A stretch of 64,000 nucleotides of DNA from Octopus vulgaris (Eukaryota), in contig OX597817.1 of assembly GCA_951406725.2 (NCBI GenBank), positions 95,356,001 through 95,420,000 on the forward strand, read 5' to 3'. Both the position numbers and the translations under genes were made by a program. The notes under the pieces were generated by a model that searched no databases, was not told where the DNA came from, and worked only from the letters and a program-made list of their open reading frames with translations. Positions 37,300-50,407 of the stretch are shown here, in pieces (within the stretch, counting starts at the first letter, position 1; each line of letters opens with the position of its first letter).

Positions 37300-37724
37300 T
37301 AAAGGAGAAACGAATAATAATTTTATACAAAACGAATAACTTTCAAATTCTATAAAGCAATGCAAACAATGGAAAATAATTTAAACACTAATTTTATATA
37401 TACTCAGACTTTCAAAAAGAATTTAGCTGTTTAGGATGTCAAGCTTTCAAATCGAATTTAGCTGTTTACGTTAACTACGTCACAAAACAGCTGTTTACGT
37501 CACCGTAACAATATGTTTAGACGCAGAAAATAATTTCAGCTCAAAACAGAGAATACGATTGGTTAAAATTCGAAGAATTAAACTACGTAAAAGTTACAAA
37601 ATACGAATTTCTCAAAAAAAAACTAATTGAAATTAATGTTTTCTTTTGACACATTCTACCAGTATACGAAGTTTCAAATTGTTAAGTTAAGTAGAAAATT
37701 CCGTCCTTCAAACAGAAAAGATCC
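37300..37724 (-). mobile_element. Merlin-family terminus in inverted orientation to 18810
   Basis: The reverse complement begins GGATCTTTTCTGTTTGAAGGACGGAATTTTCTACTTAAC and aligns over about 260 bp with 18810-19075. The same subterminal motifs are present. Confidence 0.85.
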
Positions 37725-37817
37725 GACGGGCCTACAATTCCAGTCTGTTATATATTTTGAGTATTGTTATCACTAGCGATATCAAGATATAACTTTGTAT
37801 TTTGTATTTTATGTGTA

Positions 37818-37861
<44 letters not shown>

Positions 37862-37907
37862 TGTATATGTAATATGTACACATATATATATACACATATA
37901 TACAGGC

Positions 37908-38900
37908 ACTAGCACTATGACCCGGCAACGACGCGTTATAATGCTAGTATTTTCATAAATTTTGGTAAGTATTTCTCGGAGCTTGTAGGTTTGTATTATT
38001 ATCTCTACATATTTGTACGCACGTACACAGAACTTGTAAATTTTGGTAAGCTATTGCAGGCGTTCGTTAAGTATTAGTATATCTCTGGGATCTAGTTGGT
38101 TTGGTTGCCAGCATTTCAAAAATTAAACTTTACCGAAAATTTTAAAATTTGACACAATAATACACTTGCCCAAACTGAATTGCTGGAGTTTTTCACTTTA
38201 TTTTAGAAAAATGTTTTAAAAAAGTTATAGAGGTTTACAGTTTGATTATTTTCACCCAGTCAGGAAACAAGATTTGTAAGCTGTCATTTAGTGCGTGACT
38301 GCACACTTCGTCGTTAATATCCTGAAAATAGCACGTGTTGTCAATATTTGTAAATAACACGTGTTATACACATTACATGCGATAAACACATTACAATTTT
38401 TTAGAGAAGATTTCGAAGAATTAGCTGAAAGTTCTTCGGTAATTTTCTTTCATGTAAATAAATGTTTATGTTAATTCAAAAGTTATCCAAAAAACTTTAT
38501 TTAGCTGTTATTTTTAGCACACCACACAGCCACCTCATTGCTCAATGACAAAATAAAAAACCAACAAACCCCGACTAAATAAACATTTAAGCATTCAATA
38601 TACATTTAATGCAAATGCGATGGACAGCACGTTACACGCAATAAACACATTACAATTTAAATATGTTTAATTACAATTTGAATATGCTTAAAAAAACAAA
38701 GCATTCAATGTGTATTTAATGCAAATGCGATAAACATGTTACATGCGATAAACACATTACAATTTTTAACAGAAATATTTCTATATTAGATGAAAGTTTT
38801 CCGGTAATTTTCTTTTATGTAAATAAATGTTTATGTTAATTTAAAAATTTGCCAGCAAAATCTTATAAAATGATAACGTTCGAAAAGATGTGCATGTTAT
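37908..38900 (-). mobile_element. Helitron-like 3' region with internal direct repeats
   Basis: ACTAGC..ACCCGGCAACG 3'-end signature. Duplicated blocks lie at about 38373-38480 and 38738-38845. Confidence 0.45.
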
Positions 38901-41810
38901 ATTATGAAAATAAGAGTGAACAAAATATGCTTAAAAAATAAACTTTCAAGCATGCAATAAGCAACACATTACAAAATATTTTTAAAACTAAAACCGAAAA
39001 TGAGAAATACAGTTAATCAATTTTTGAAACAAATCACAATTTTCAAACCTCCTGCGCTACATAAATTCACAGAGATATGAATCTACCATAGAACGGTGAA
39101 TGCCACAGTATCGTTTATTACCCTCGCTTCACAGAGGTCCACGTACTCTCCTCTTGTTGAGTGTGGGTACCATCTTTCGGGTTAACAAATCCAACGCTGT
39201 GGTTCACCATTCTATGCTAAAAATTGTAACAATCAATTTCAGAAATGTGAGAGTACGTCTTCCACATATCGCTGAAAATTGTAGTTCCTAGAAGAATCGA
39301 GTAACGTATGCATTCTTCAAGTGTGTCACGATTCCGACATGGCACTGCATACAGAAAAACCCGTCTGGTCTCGCGACACACTCCTCCGAAGACCCACTAC
39401 TCAGAGAAGACCCTTCCTCAATTGTATTTACTTCTTGAAACGACTGTTTCGTCGATCTCAACAATCTTCCAGGACCATCAACTTGAATTGGATGACGGAG
39501 CATGTCCTCCGTACATATTTATCTAACATAGTTGTTGTAATCAATACCTGTACTATGGTTCATCCTCAGTTCTTCAATACAAAACCGGACTGAGGTCAAT
39601 TCCTTAAGCGTCACATTTGTCAACACGTGCTTTCTTGCAGATAAAAGATTCTCAAAGATTTTTTGGTTTCGCTTGTTACTATGGAAAAAGGCTTCCTCGC
39701 AGACAAAAGAGTTCTCATGTTCCGCTTTTTACTATCGAAACAGGCATGAATGTATCTGTGATTAAAATTACCAAAATTTTCAAACTTTAATTACTAATAA
39801 CTCTTTCATTTATTGATTTATAGTGCAAACGATTTTCACGTCATTAATTAGCCTATAAAAGTGCATCGCTACACTGAATATGAAATCAATTCGAACAGAA
39901 TTGATGCTAGCAGCCAAACCCCGACTAGATCCCATTTCTGAAAGCGCGAGTAAATTATATCATGGCGCTCTCTTACGTATGAAAATTTATACGTTTGTAG
40001 AAGTTTGTGTAAGTTAGGCACATAAATCGTATTTATAAACACCTGTAAGTTTTTGTGGGTTATTTTTTGTCCCGGATGAGCATTTGAAATTGAAAGATGA
40101 ATGGAAAACAATGAAAGCGTGATTCGTTCTTGTTCTGATACCTAACAGAATTTCGATATTGTTTGATATATTTCAATCAAACATTATTTATGTTATGACA
40201 ACAGCGTAAACGATAAATCGAATATCAATGCTTATTAACATCGTTTTTACAAATATTCGATTTTCAAATACTCAATATGACGTCACATATGGCCGATCAA
40301 TGCAGAAATTTAGTTTCCGTTAAATATTATTCTGTTTACTTTCTTTTCCCGCCTTCCTGAGTAACATGTTGAAATAATGTTTTATTTGAAACACTTTTCC
40401 AAATTTTTATAGTATTAGTTAGTAAAAGGTGACTCAACTAATCCTGTTATCTTACGAGTAAATAGGAAAGAGGAAAATCAAAGAGGAATTAAGAGGAAAA
40501 ATTCAACCCAGAGCGTACAAATAAGTGTCATTTGCGTCAATAAAAAAGAAAAAAAGAGTTTATAAACTCTAGGCCAATGACGGTGACGACCCGATGAAAC
40601 GACTAAACTTCTTTAATATATGTTTAAAGTAATTCCTTTTCTCATTTTCTCAAACTGCGTTCTGTGTAGTCCTGGAGCTAATTTGAGTTAATCAATCTGT
40701 GGTCTTCATTCCCCACCGAAAACTCTAAAATTCACCACTTCGGGAGAATTCCCCACATGTTGAGAGTCACTGCATTAGAGACAGGAACCAGTTGTTTCTT
40801 GCAGTAAATACATCTAAAGCAAAATTTTTTTCATGGAACCCTAAAATGCTACCGTAACTCCCTATTTTACTATTTTGACTGCATATCCCCCACTACAAAA
40901 AATAAACTTTGTATGGATTTCACTGTGGTAGATGGAAGAAGGAGACGAGTAAAAGTATTCCTTATAACAGAACAGGTGACACGGGGGAGGGGGGGTCAAC
41001 AAAGGAATGTGAATCTGGAAGTATGTGAGGGTGTTATATGACTGTTAATTTAAGTGCGATGAAGCAGTAGCGACATATGGAGCTGATTTAAGGGTATAAA
41101 TCAAAACAAAAATTGTCAAGTGTGTGTATGTATGAAAGTGTCAATATGTGTGCGTGCGTGTGACGAGTAGGTGTGTGTATGTATGTGTCGCTGGCTGGTG
41201 TGTCAAAGTAACAAAAGAGCAAATGAATAGAGGTATGTACGTGTGTATATGTGTGTATAAGTGATGGGTGCTACTGTGTGGAGGAAGGATGGTCGAAGGG
41301 CGGTATGTGTTTGAGTGTGAGTTAGTATATGAAGGGTGTGTGTGAAACTGAGGAGGAGGTAAAATGCGGATGATAGAGAGAATAGTGGGGTGTACGGGGG
41401 TATATATAGGTCCGACTGTGAGGAGAAGGGAAGAGAGTTGAATAGGGAACGTAATTCTGCATCAGTTAGTGAGGGGTGGAAGTGATATCCAAGAAATTGT
41501 TTTGGACGGGTTTCGATAGTAATTTTAAAACCAAACCCTTTAAAGAATTTAAAGAAATGTTTTTGGAATTTGCCTGTTTTTATTTATCACGGTTTCTAAG
41601 TATAATAAACCCATCGTCTCCTGCCGAACATATGTGTAAAAGCTTAAAGGACTAACCCTTACAAATTAGAAACCACCTAAATCAGTGGTTCAACAATTTT
41701 TTTACTTGTGGACCCCTTTCATTACTGCTTTACTCAGGTGGCATTTCAAATGCTACGTTTTAGCTTTTCAGGACCAGAACATTTTCTAACCAAGTTTGTC
41801 ATTATAGCTT

Positions 41811-42860
41811 ACTAGCAGAGATACCCGGCGTTGCCCGTGTTACATACAATTGAAGAATTAGATTTTTCTGTTATATTTTCTCTAATGAACTGAAATATCT
41901 GTTTTGAATTTCATCAAAATTGCAGATGAGGGTTATTTCCCTCTATACACCCACCAAAAAAAATTGTAATCGTTCCACATGTATCCCATACTACTGATTT
42001 TTATGCGCATATTCAAAAATTCCAGTCTTATTGAACTTGTTAAAAAGATTTTGCTCCTGAAAAATGAAGGTCATGGAGCTCTAAAATGTGAGAGTTAAGG
42101 CCCCTGTTGGGGGTGGGCATCTTAATGTCAACCAGAGAAGTTGAATTGTTCAGAATCTTTTTAACTTGGGTCTTATATCTATTGTTTGAATTTCTTTGAA
42201 ATAAGAAATATATGTTCACTGGGTTTGTAAAAGAGAGCAAAGCTACAGGAAGCCAAAAGACGAATGATCACAATAAGCAGTAGGCTACCCTACCCTAGTC
42301 GTTACCACTCCCAATGTAGGATTCCTCACCATCCAGGTGACAGGCACAGCTGTAAGATGCATTACGAATCTATAGCAATTGGAAGGGCGTGACCCAACTG
42401 AAATCAACATTAACAACTGTATGACGTGAGAGATCAGGAGAAATGAAACTGTCACCTCTGGAGTTTGCAAATGACCACTATACTGATACGTAACTGGACA
42501 GAATAAATTTACAATCTATAAGCGTCTTTGAAAAACCAGTCACTCATCTGGGAAGGCCTTGAAATCAATGTTACCATCTGGGGACTATGTGTGACCCAGT
42601 GATAATAAAAATATTGAAAGGAGGTCTGCAATCAAATAACTTTACTCAACACTTTGCAACTGAATCAGTGGAGGCAAAGATGCCTCACATTTACTTGACA
42701 GTTTATGCACCACATTGCAGAAATCACAATGTAAGTGTATGTCAAAGCAAACTGTTACACTGTTGTACCATTGAATTAGAAATAATGCTCAACTTTTATG
42801 CTCGGGTAACCCTACAGCTTCCAAGAGCACAACTGTATTCGTTTTTGCTTAGATAAAATG
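41811..42860 (-). mobile_element. Helitron 3' end with highly decayed PIF1-helicase C-terminal traces
   Basis: ACTAGCAGAGATACCCGGCGTTGCCCG terminus. Faint QR.QF..CLSPG..RVG similarity appears around 42290-42470. Confidence 0.5.
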
Positions 42861-43416
42861 ACAAAATTGTGGGTGTTAAGTCCCCATGGAGGGGTTTTCA
42901 AACGTGTAAGAAGATAACATTTTATAAATATTACTTCATTTGTGTCTAATATATATGGTTAAAATTTCATCAACAGCAAAAATATATGAATTGTCATGGG
43001 GGTTATGGTCTTATGCATAGAATATAATTTCCAAATTTTATAAAGATCCATTCAGTACTTTTGACCTAGTTTTGGATCATAAAAGAAATGACTAAAATTT
43101 GGGAGTTAAGGCTCCCATTAGGGTTTTATATATATATATATATACACATACAAAAATAAATTTGATACAACTGAGTGGGCAAACAAAAATATGAGACACA
43201 GCCTAGTGCTTTTTTTATGTTGATAAGCCTGGTACTTATTCTATTAGTTTGTTCTTGTGAAACCAGTAAGTTATGTGGATGTAAATATATGAACAGCAGT
43301 TGTGAAGCAGTGTTGAGGGCGAAACACAGAGACAAAGACACACACATACACTTACATATATGCACACACACATATATATACGATTGATTTGTTTCAGTTC
43401 CTGTCTACGAAATCCA

Positions 43417-45440
43417 TATATATTGTTGTTGGCATCCTTTTTGTCTCGGGAGACAATGGAGTTGCGCATAAAATAATCTAGTCTGGCTTTCACATTTCAT
43501 GTCCTACTACATCTCCTGCTGTGCCGGTGCCGCAAATGTAGTGAAGACTTTGCCTGGCTCGTTGTAATGTCATAGTTTCTTGTTGACGTCTTTTCTTGTC
43601 TTTCCATTTCTTCTCTCTCTCTCTATGTAACTCCTTTGTATTCCCTCTTTTACGGTACGTCGCCAATCTCCACGGTTGCTGGCAACTGCTTCCCAGTTGG
43701 TAATATTGATGTTGCAGGCATTCATGTCCCTTTTGCAAATATCCTTGTATCGTAAGAACGGTCTTCCCACAGACCTAATGCCCCTAGCAAGCTCTCCGTT
43801 GAGTATGTCCTTGGGGATTCTGCCATCTTCCATACAGTTAACATGTCTTGGCACGCAAACGCGAGAGATTGAACAGTTTCCCGTCACTTCTACTGTGCAG
43901 AAACACTCCATCATCTGATGTCTCAAAGGCATGTGACAGAAGCAGCGAGAAGATGCCAAATAATGTAGGAGCAAGGACACAACCTTGCTTTACCCCGTTT
44001 TTTATTTGGAAGGCGGCTGATGTTGAACCATTGTGCTGTATGGTGCCTTGCATATCATCATGGAAAGATTTGATGATCCTTAGCAGCTTTGGTGGACATC
44101 CGATTTTTTGGAGCAGGATGAAGAGGCATTTTCTACTTACCAAGTCAAAGGCCTTTGTCAGATCAATGAAGGCGATATATAATGGCATTTTCTGCTCTCT
44201 GGACTTCTCCTGAAGAATGGAGAATATCATGTCAATAGTTGATCTGCTTCTTCTAAAGCCACACTGCGATTCTGGATAAATTCGAGAAGCAAGCAGTTGT
44301 AGCCTGGACAGGATAACGCGAGCAAAGGCCTTTCCAACAGTGTTTAGAAGAGATATTCCACGGTAATTGTTACAATCACTACGGTCAGAAGCTCATGAAG
44401 GTGCTGAAACACGATGGTGTTTTTGCCGGTTTTGATGATCTCTAAGGGGATGCCGTCTTTTCCCAGAGCCTTGTTACTTGCTAGGGAGTTGATAGCCTTG
44501 GTGAGCTCTGCTATAGATGGCAGACTGTGAAGTTCGCACATGACTGGCAAGATCTTGACACCCTCGATTGCAGCCTCAGCTATCGCGGTCTCCCGTGAGT
44601 AGAGATCCTGGTAGTACTCCACCCATCTATCCATTTGCTTGCTTTGGTCCTTGATGAGATCTCCAGTAGTTGATTTCAGAGGGGCTGACTTGGTTGCGGA
44701 TGGACCGAAGGCCTTCTTCAAACCGGCATACATCCTACGGGTGTCGCCACTGTCAGCAGCTGACTGGATACTCTGGCAGATTTCCTGCCAATACTTATTT
44801 GCACAGCGTTTGGCAGTCAGTTGGGTTTTATTTCTTGCCTTTCTGAGTTCTCCGAGTGACTTTGTAGAAGAATCACTCTTGTATTGCATCAGAACTGCAC
44901 ACTTTGCTTCGATAGCTGTTTCCAGCTCTGAGAGCCCAGACTGAACCAATCTGGGTTTTGCCTTTCTCTCATGCCGAAAGTATCTATTGATGTGGTATAC
45001 AAAGCTTCCCTGATATAATTCCCCCTACTTTCAGCGGAGGAGGTTGGGCAGCTACTCAGGGCAACCATGATAGAAACAGTAAAACATTTTCGCAGTGTAG
45101 GGTCCGAGGTTCTGGCAGTGTTAATACGTGGTCGGCCCATTTTCTTGGAGTGATGGACTTTTTTAGGCAGAATCCTCACCCTGCTTCTTATTAGTGAATG
45201 ATCTGTGTCACAATCTGCGCTGTGGTAACTACGGGTCAGTTGAACAGAATTCAGAAAGGATCTTCGTGTAATGATGAGATCCAGTTGATACCAGTGGTGA
45301 GATCTTGGATGTCTTCAAGATGCCTTGTGGGATGTCTTTGTGGCAAAGAATGTGTTGTTGATGCACAGGTTATGATAAGTGCAAAATTCGGGTAGTCTCT
45401 GACCATTGTCATTCATGTTGCCAATACCAAAACACATAAA
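43417..45440 (-). mobile_element. RTE (BovB-like) LINE, degenerate, inserted in a SINE
   Basis: HWYQLDLIIT, RWVEYYQDL, QCGFRRSRST, LQEKSREQKMPLYIAFIDLTKAFD, GVKQGCVLAPTLFGI and RIPKDIL.GEL. Confidence 0.9.
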
Positions 45441-45499
45441 CTTACATATATACATACATATATATACGATTGATTTGTTTCAGTTCCTGTCTACGAAAT

Positions 45500-45636
<137 letters not shown>

Positions 45637-46074
45637 GATAAATTGAGAGATACAACTGAGTAGGCAAGCAAAAATATGAGACACTGCGTTGTGCGTTTTT
45701 ATATTTTGATAAGCCTGGTACTTATTCTATCAGTTTCTTCTTGTGAAATCAGTAAGTTATGGGGATGTAAGTATACGAACACCAGTTGTGAAGCAGTGAT
45801 GAAGGAGAAACACAAACACACACACACAGACTTACATATATACATACATATACATGCAATTGATTTCTTTCAGTTTCTGTTTACAAAATCCACTGACAAG
45901 GCTTTGGTTGGTCTGAGGGTATAGCAGAAGACACATGCCAAGTTACCACACAGTGGGACTGAACTGAGGACCATGTGTTTTGGAACCAAGTTTGTTACCA
46001 CACAACCACACCTGTACCTATGTATGTGTGTGTGTATGTGTGTATAGGTGTATATATGTATGCATGTATATAAA

Positions 46075-46400
46075 AAAAAGACTCCACCGGTTACGACGAC
46101 GAGGGTCCCAGCTGATACGATCAACGGAACAGCTTGCTCGTGAAATTAACGTGCAAATGGCCGAGCATTCCACAGACACGTGTACCCTTAACGTAGTTCT
46201 CGGGGATAATCAGCGTGACACAGAGAGTGACAAGGCTGACCCTTTGAAATACAAGTACAACTCATTTTTGCCAGCTGAGTGGACTGGAGCAACGTGAACT
46301 AAAGTGTCTTGCTCAAGGACACAACGCGTCGCCGGGAATCGAACTCACAACCTTACGATCATGAGCCGAATGCCCTAACCACTAAGCCACGCGCCCTCAC
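46075..46400 (-). mobile_element. tRNA-derived SINE with conserved central domain
   Basis: Box A TGGCTTAGTGG and box B GAGTTCGATTCC, then GTGTCCTTGAGCAAGACACT..CCAGTCCACTCAGCTG. Confidence 0.85.
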
Positions 46401-46521
46401 ATGTATGCATGTATATATGTGTATATATATATGTGAACATATTACATGTACATCTATATATATATATACATCTAGACATACATGTATACATATACATCTA
46501 TCTATATATACATATATAGAT

Positions 46522-46589
<68 letters not shown>

Positions 46590-46597
46590 CCATATAC

Positions 46598-46641
<44 letters not shown>

Positions 46642-46654
46642 CCATATACATACA

Positions 46655-46889
46655 ATAGAGAGATGTTTTGTTTCGCTTTTAACACGTAATATTGAAATAG
46701 TGGAGAAGATATGATATTGCTGTGGGCTCGCTCTAGGCAAGAAGTTAAACATTTTTTTTGCCCATGACACTACATGGACCCTAAGTAAGGCATGTGTAAA
46801 ATGTGAATGAAATTGGTTGTGCAGTTCTTAAGTTTTAGGGATTCACACAGACAGACAGACACACATTCTCAGTTTTATATATAGAGAGA
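46655..46889 (-). mobile_element. Helitron-like 5' end (inverted copy of 17424-17655)
   Basis: Reverse-complement homology, ending TTTTATATATAGAGAGA|t. Confidence 0.6.
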
Positions 46890-48559
46890 TTTAATTTTGT
46901 TATGTTTGCATTGCACACGCATTGTTCACCTGTTTTTATGACATGGTTTCTGCTAAATGTTCTCTTTTTGAATGTTTGCAATATCTTTCTTTGCATGCTG
47001 ACCCCTACTCTGTATTTTGTTTGTAAAACAAAACAAAATTTTTTTCTCAACGTTCACACACAAACCTGCATGACTGCACTCACTCACACACATGCATAGT
47101 GCCTTTAGAGATGTTCTCATGTCTGTACCTTCTCAGCTCTTTTCTCCGACTCTGTATATATCGGGTGTCAACTCATGCTCTGTCAACATGTCTCTGTTCG
47201 ACCCCAGGTTGGTCACGAAATTAATAGAGAAAATTATCTGTCTCGCGCATCACTCCAGCATGCTACACTGTCGTTCTTGCTAACTTAGCAAATGCCCACG
47301 ACAACAATGCCAGACACAATTCACATCTGCACTCTTTTCTAGGTATTTTCACACAAAATGCAATCCTGAAAGAAAACTTTTGCTGATATCATGGATAGAG
47401 AATGCGCACACTCATTCGCCTCAGCTTATTTCACAGCTGCAGGACTTTCTCTCGCACTCATGCACGCTCACTCACTGCCTCGGTCACGCAACATTCTACC
47501 CTCGTGCACTCTGCGCAGTCGCGCACCGACCGACATATTCTGCATTCTGCACAAGCAAAGCAACACCGCTATTCGGACGCACACGAATAGATACTTGTCC
47601 CGTATACCTTCTCAAGATTCTCTCTCCTTATATGCACAATTTTTCTCAGCCTTGCATCGCATTCACCAGCAACAAGATACTTTTCACAATTGAACGTTAT
47701 TTTCACCTTGTCTTCAAATGCATTTTTGTATGAATGCATTCTTTTCCCTAGATCGTTTATTTCCTTTCCTCGGAACCTCACTGGGGAGGGGTGTGATGTA
47801 GTGGATCTTGCAGGCATGATGTAGATTCGATCCTAGATAGCCAAATTTAAATTAACACTTCAACAGCACTTTTCTCACGGTAAAACAATAGTTTTTCTGT
47901 GGTCTTCGCCACTTGACCCTTGTAACCTCTTCTATTTCACTAAAAGCTAGAATTAAGATAACAAGTACCACAAACGAAATCCATTGGTCTCAACGATATG
48001 TCTTTCCTTCTGGATAGTTATTAAAAGAAAGAATCCGAGTTAGTGAGAACGAAGTCTGGCTGACCGGCCGGCTGAACAAAATGCCGTCTCTAAAGAAAAG
48101 GGCACAAAAGGACAACTATGGTAACTCGCTAACGAAGCAGTTACTTCCTCCCACCCTCTCTCACTCTCACTGGCTCACTTTATTTTTTCTTACAACGTTG
48201 TTCTATCTCTATCTGTAGATTACTACTAAGAGAACGTGTACACAAACTATACATGGAAAATCTACGATATCTATCTTTACTTCTCATACTTTACGATTTT
48301 ATCACCTGGCCGTTGAAGCAAGGTATTTTACAATGAAACATAAATATTTTCTTCACAACTTCAATCACTATTCTTTCATCTTTACATAATGGCAAGCAAC
48401 AAAAAAACCAATCTTTACAAGCTGATTACGACTCCTACGTTCCATATTATTGTTTACAAATTAATTTCAACTGTCACAAATTCCTAATTTCTACCGTTAC
48501 AGATACTTCTCTCAAAATTCCTATTTTTCTTCTCACAAAAACCTTAGAGAAAAAAAATC

Positions 48560-48725
48560 TTGATGTTTCTTGCAATAAATATATCTAAAGGAAATTTTTT
48601 TTCATGGACCCTTAATATACTATTGTGGACGCCCAACTTATTATTTTGTTTGCGTAGATCCCACCCTAGAAAAAAATCTTGCATGAACCCCTAGGGGTCA
48701 TACGGACCCCAGTTGAGAACCACTG
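48560..48725 (+). mobile_element. hAT-type MITE right end
   Basis: Ends GGACCCCAGTTGAGAACCACTG. Related pieces lie at 40760-40890 and 41683 (CAGTGGTTC). Confidence 0.6.
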
Positions 48726-48744
48726 GTCTAAATTATGAATGATA

Positions 48745-48779
<35 letters not shown>

Positions 48780-48788
<9 letters not shown>

Positions 48789-49250
48789 AATAAACCATAT
48801 GCATATATACATACATATATTTACGTACCTACATCTATATGTATATATACATGCATATATAGGTACAGGACACCAAAAAACGCCGAACACAATGAGAAAC
48901 GAAAACATAAAAACAGAACCGTGGAAACGGACATTTTTTTAAACAACGAAAACACAGGGTACAAGACATACGACACAAGGAAAATTCCCCTTCTTCAGCC
49001 GCCTCCGTTTCGTCAACTCCGCATTTCGAAGGTAAAGGCGAGATACGACTTCTATGAAACGGTCCTTCCCGCAAATAATTTGAGATTTTTTGTGGAAGGG
49101 TAAAAGTGGTAACAAAAACAGGACAGTAAAAACAATACAAGACAGTTAAAATACAAATAAAAATAAAAACAGTAAACGACAGGACAAGTAGAACATAAGA
49201 AAGTCAATACTCTATTCGTTTTAAGGTATACATATTTGCACATGGCATTA
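48780..49250 (-). mobile_element. pLTR-like non-coding repeat abutting (TA)n
   Basis: Inverted homologue of about 26330-26730. Confidence 0.6.
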
Positions 49251-49329
49251 TATTTTCTTTATTTTGCATATAAAATTCAACCGAAACATAAGTAATGAAT
49301 ACTTCAGGCTACATGGTTGAAAATCTATC

Positions 49330-50331
49330 TTAGTGGAGGGTAGGTACGACGACGATCTTGGGGCAAACCTGGGCGTCGACGAGGAATACCTGACCCGCCT
49401 GTTTGAAACGACTTTCGGGCCGGGACCTATGGACAACTTCCAGAGATCCCTGGCCTGGCGGTGCTACCGAGAAGCGCTACCCGTTCGGGATAAGCTCTAT
49501 AGGCATGGCTCGAGAAACACGGGGCCGACCTGCCCGAGATGCGGGCAGAGCGACGAAACCGCTCTGCACGCAATCGTGCAGTGTCCAACAACCTCCGACC
49601 TGTGGGCTTATGTCGAACGACTGCTGTCACGTGTGGGACGTGTCGGTTTATCAGCCGAGTCTATCGTTAATATCGTCACGCCTCCTTCCTTTAAACGGGA
49701 AGGAAGAGCTATTTGTATCATACTTGTGGCTATGGCGAAAGAATGTATCTGGTGGACGCGCCTGAAAGGATTAGAGACAAACACTTTCCTCTCTGGTCAA
49801 TCTCTCATCAACTTCTTCAAGTATCACTTGAAGAGGAAAGTGAGAGTAGAGAGGCAAGTTTTGTCTAGTGAATGTTTTAAAAAAAGATGGGTGAATGTAG
49901 CAAGGATGGCACGTATGAATGACGAAGCCACCTTGACTATGATTCTATGAACCGTAAAAATTAATACAGAGAGTTGCTTATTTGCAAAAAAAAAGAGAAA
50001 TATTACGTGACTTCATTGACCGAGGTTACCGTGGTCTTTTCCGTAGGCTTTTCTTTCCACGGGTAAACCTCACCTGTCCTCCCCTTTACACTTTATATTG
50101 ACATTTCTGTGATAACGATCCCTATTGATCAATTTTTTTCCCTTCCCTTTCCCCCCCTTTTTAAAAAAATTATTAAAAAAAACTTTATCCTCCCCTTTTT
50201 TGTCCTCTTTCGTTCCTTTTACGATCCCTTTTGATCGAAAACCAACCCCCCCTTTTTTACCCCCAAAAGAAAAGCTCTACCTTGTAATTTGTCCTTTCTG
50301 TGTTCAGCCCTGTGTGGCTAATAAAGAAACA

Positions 50332-50407
<76 letters not shown>
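49330..50407 (+). mobile_element. 5'-truncated L1-Tx1 element with (ATCT)n tail
   Basis: zf-RVT C-terminus LAWRCYREALPV..CPRCGQSDETALHAIVQC, then AATAAA followed by (ATCT)n at 50332-50407. Confidence 0.9.

Noticed and set aside
46320-46400. tRNA gene
   Set aside because: The A and B boxes continue into a SINE body, with no complete cloverleaf or terminator.
47000-47820. Possible Helitron Rep N-terminal coding remnant
   Set aside because: Too degenerate, with no diagnostic motif visible.
48975-49060. Minus-strand CTGAAGA-A-GGGGAA..TTCCTT as a hammerhead
   Set aside because: No GAAA box follows the stem, and no valid permuted topology was found.
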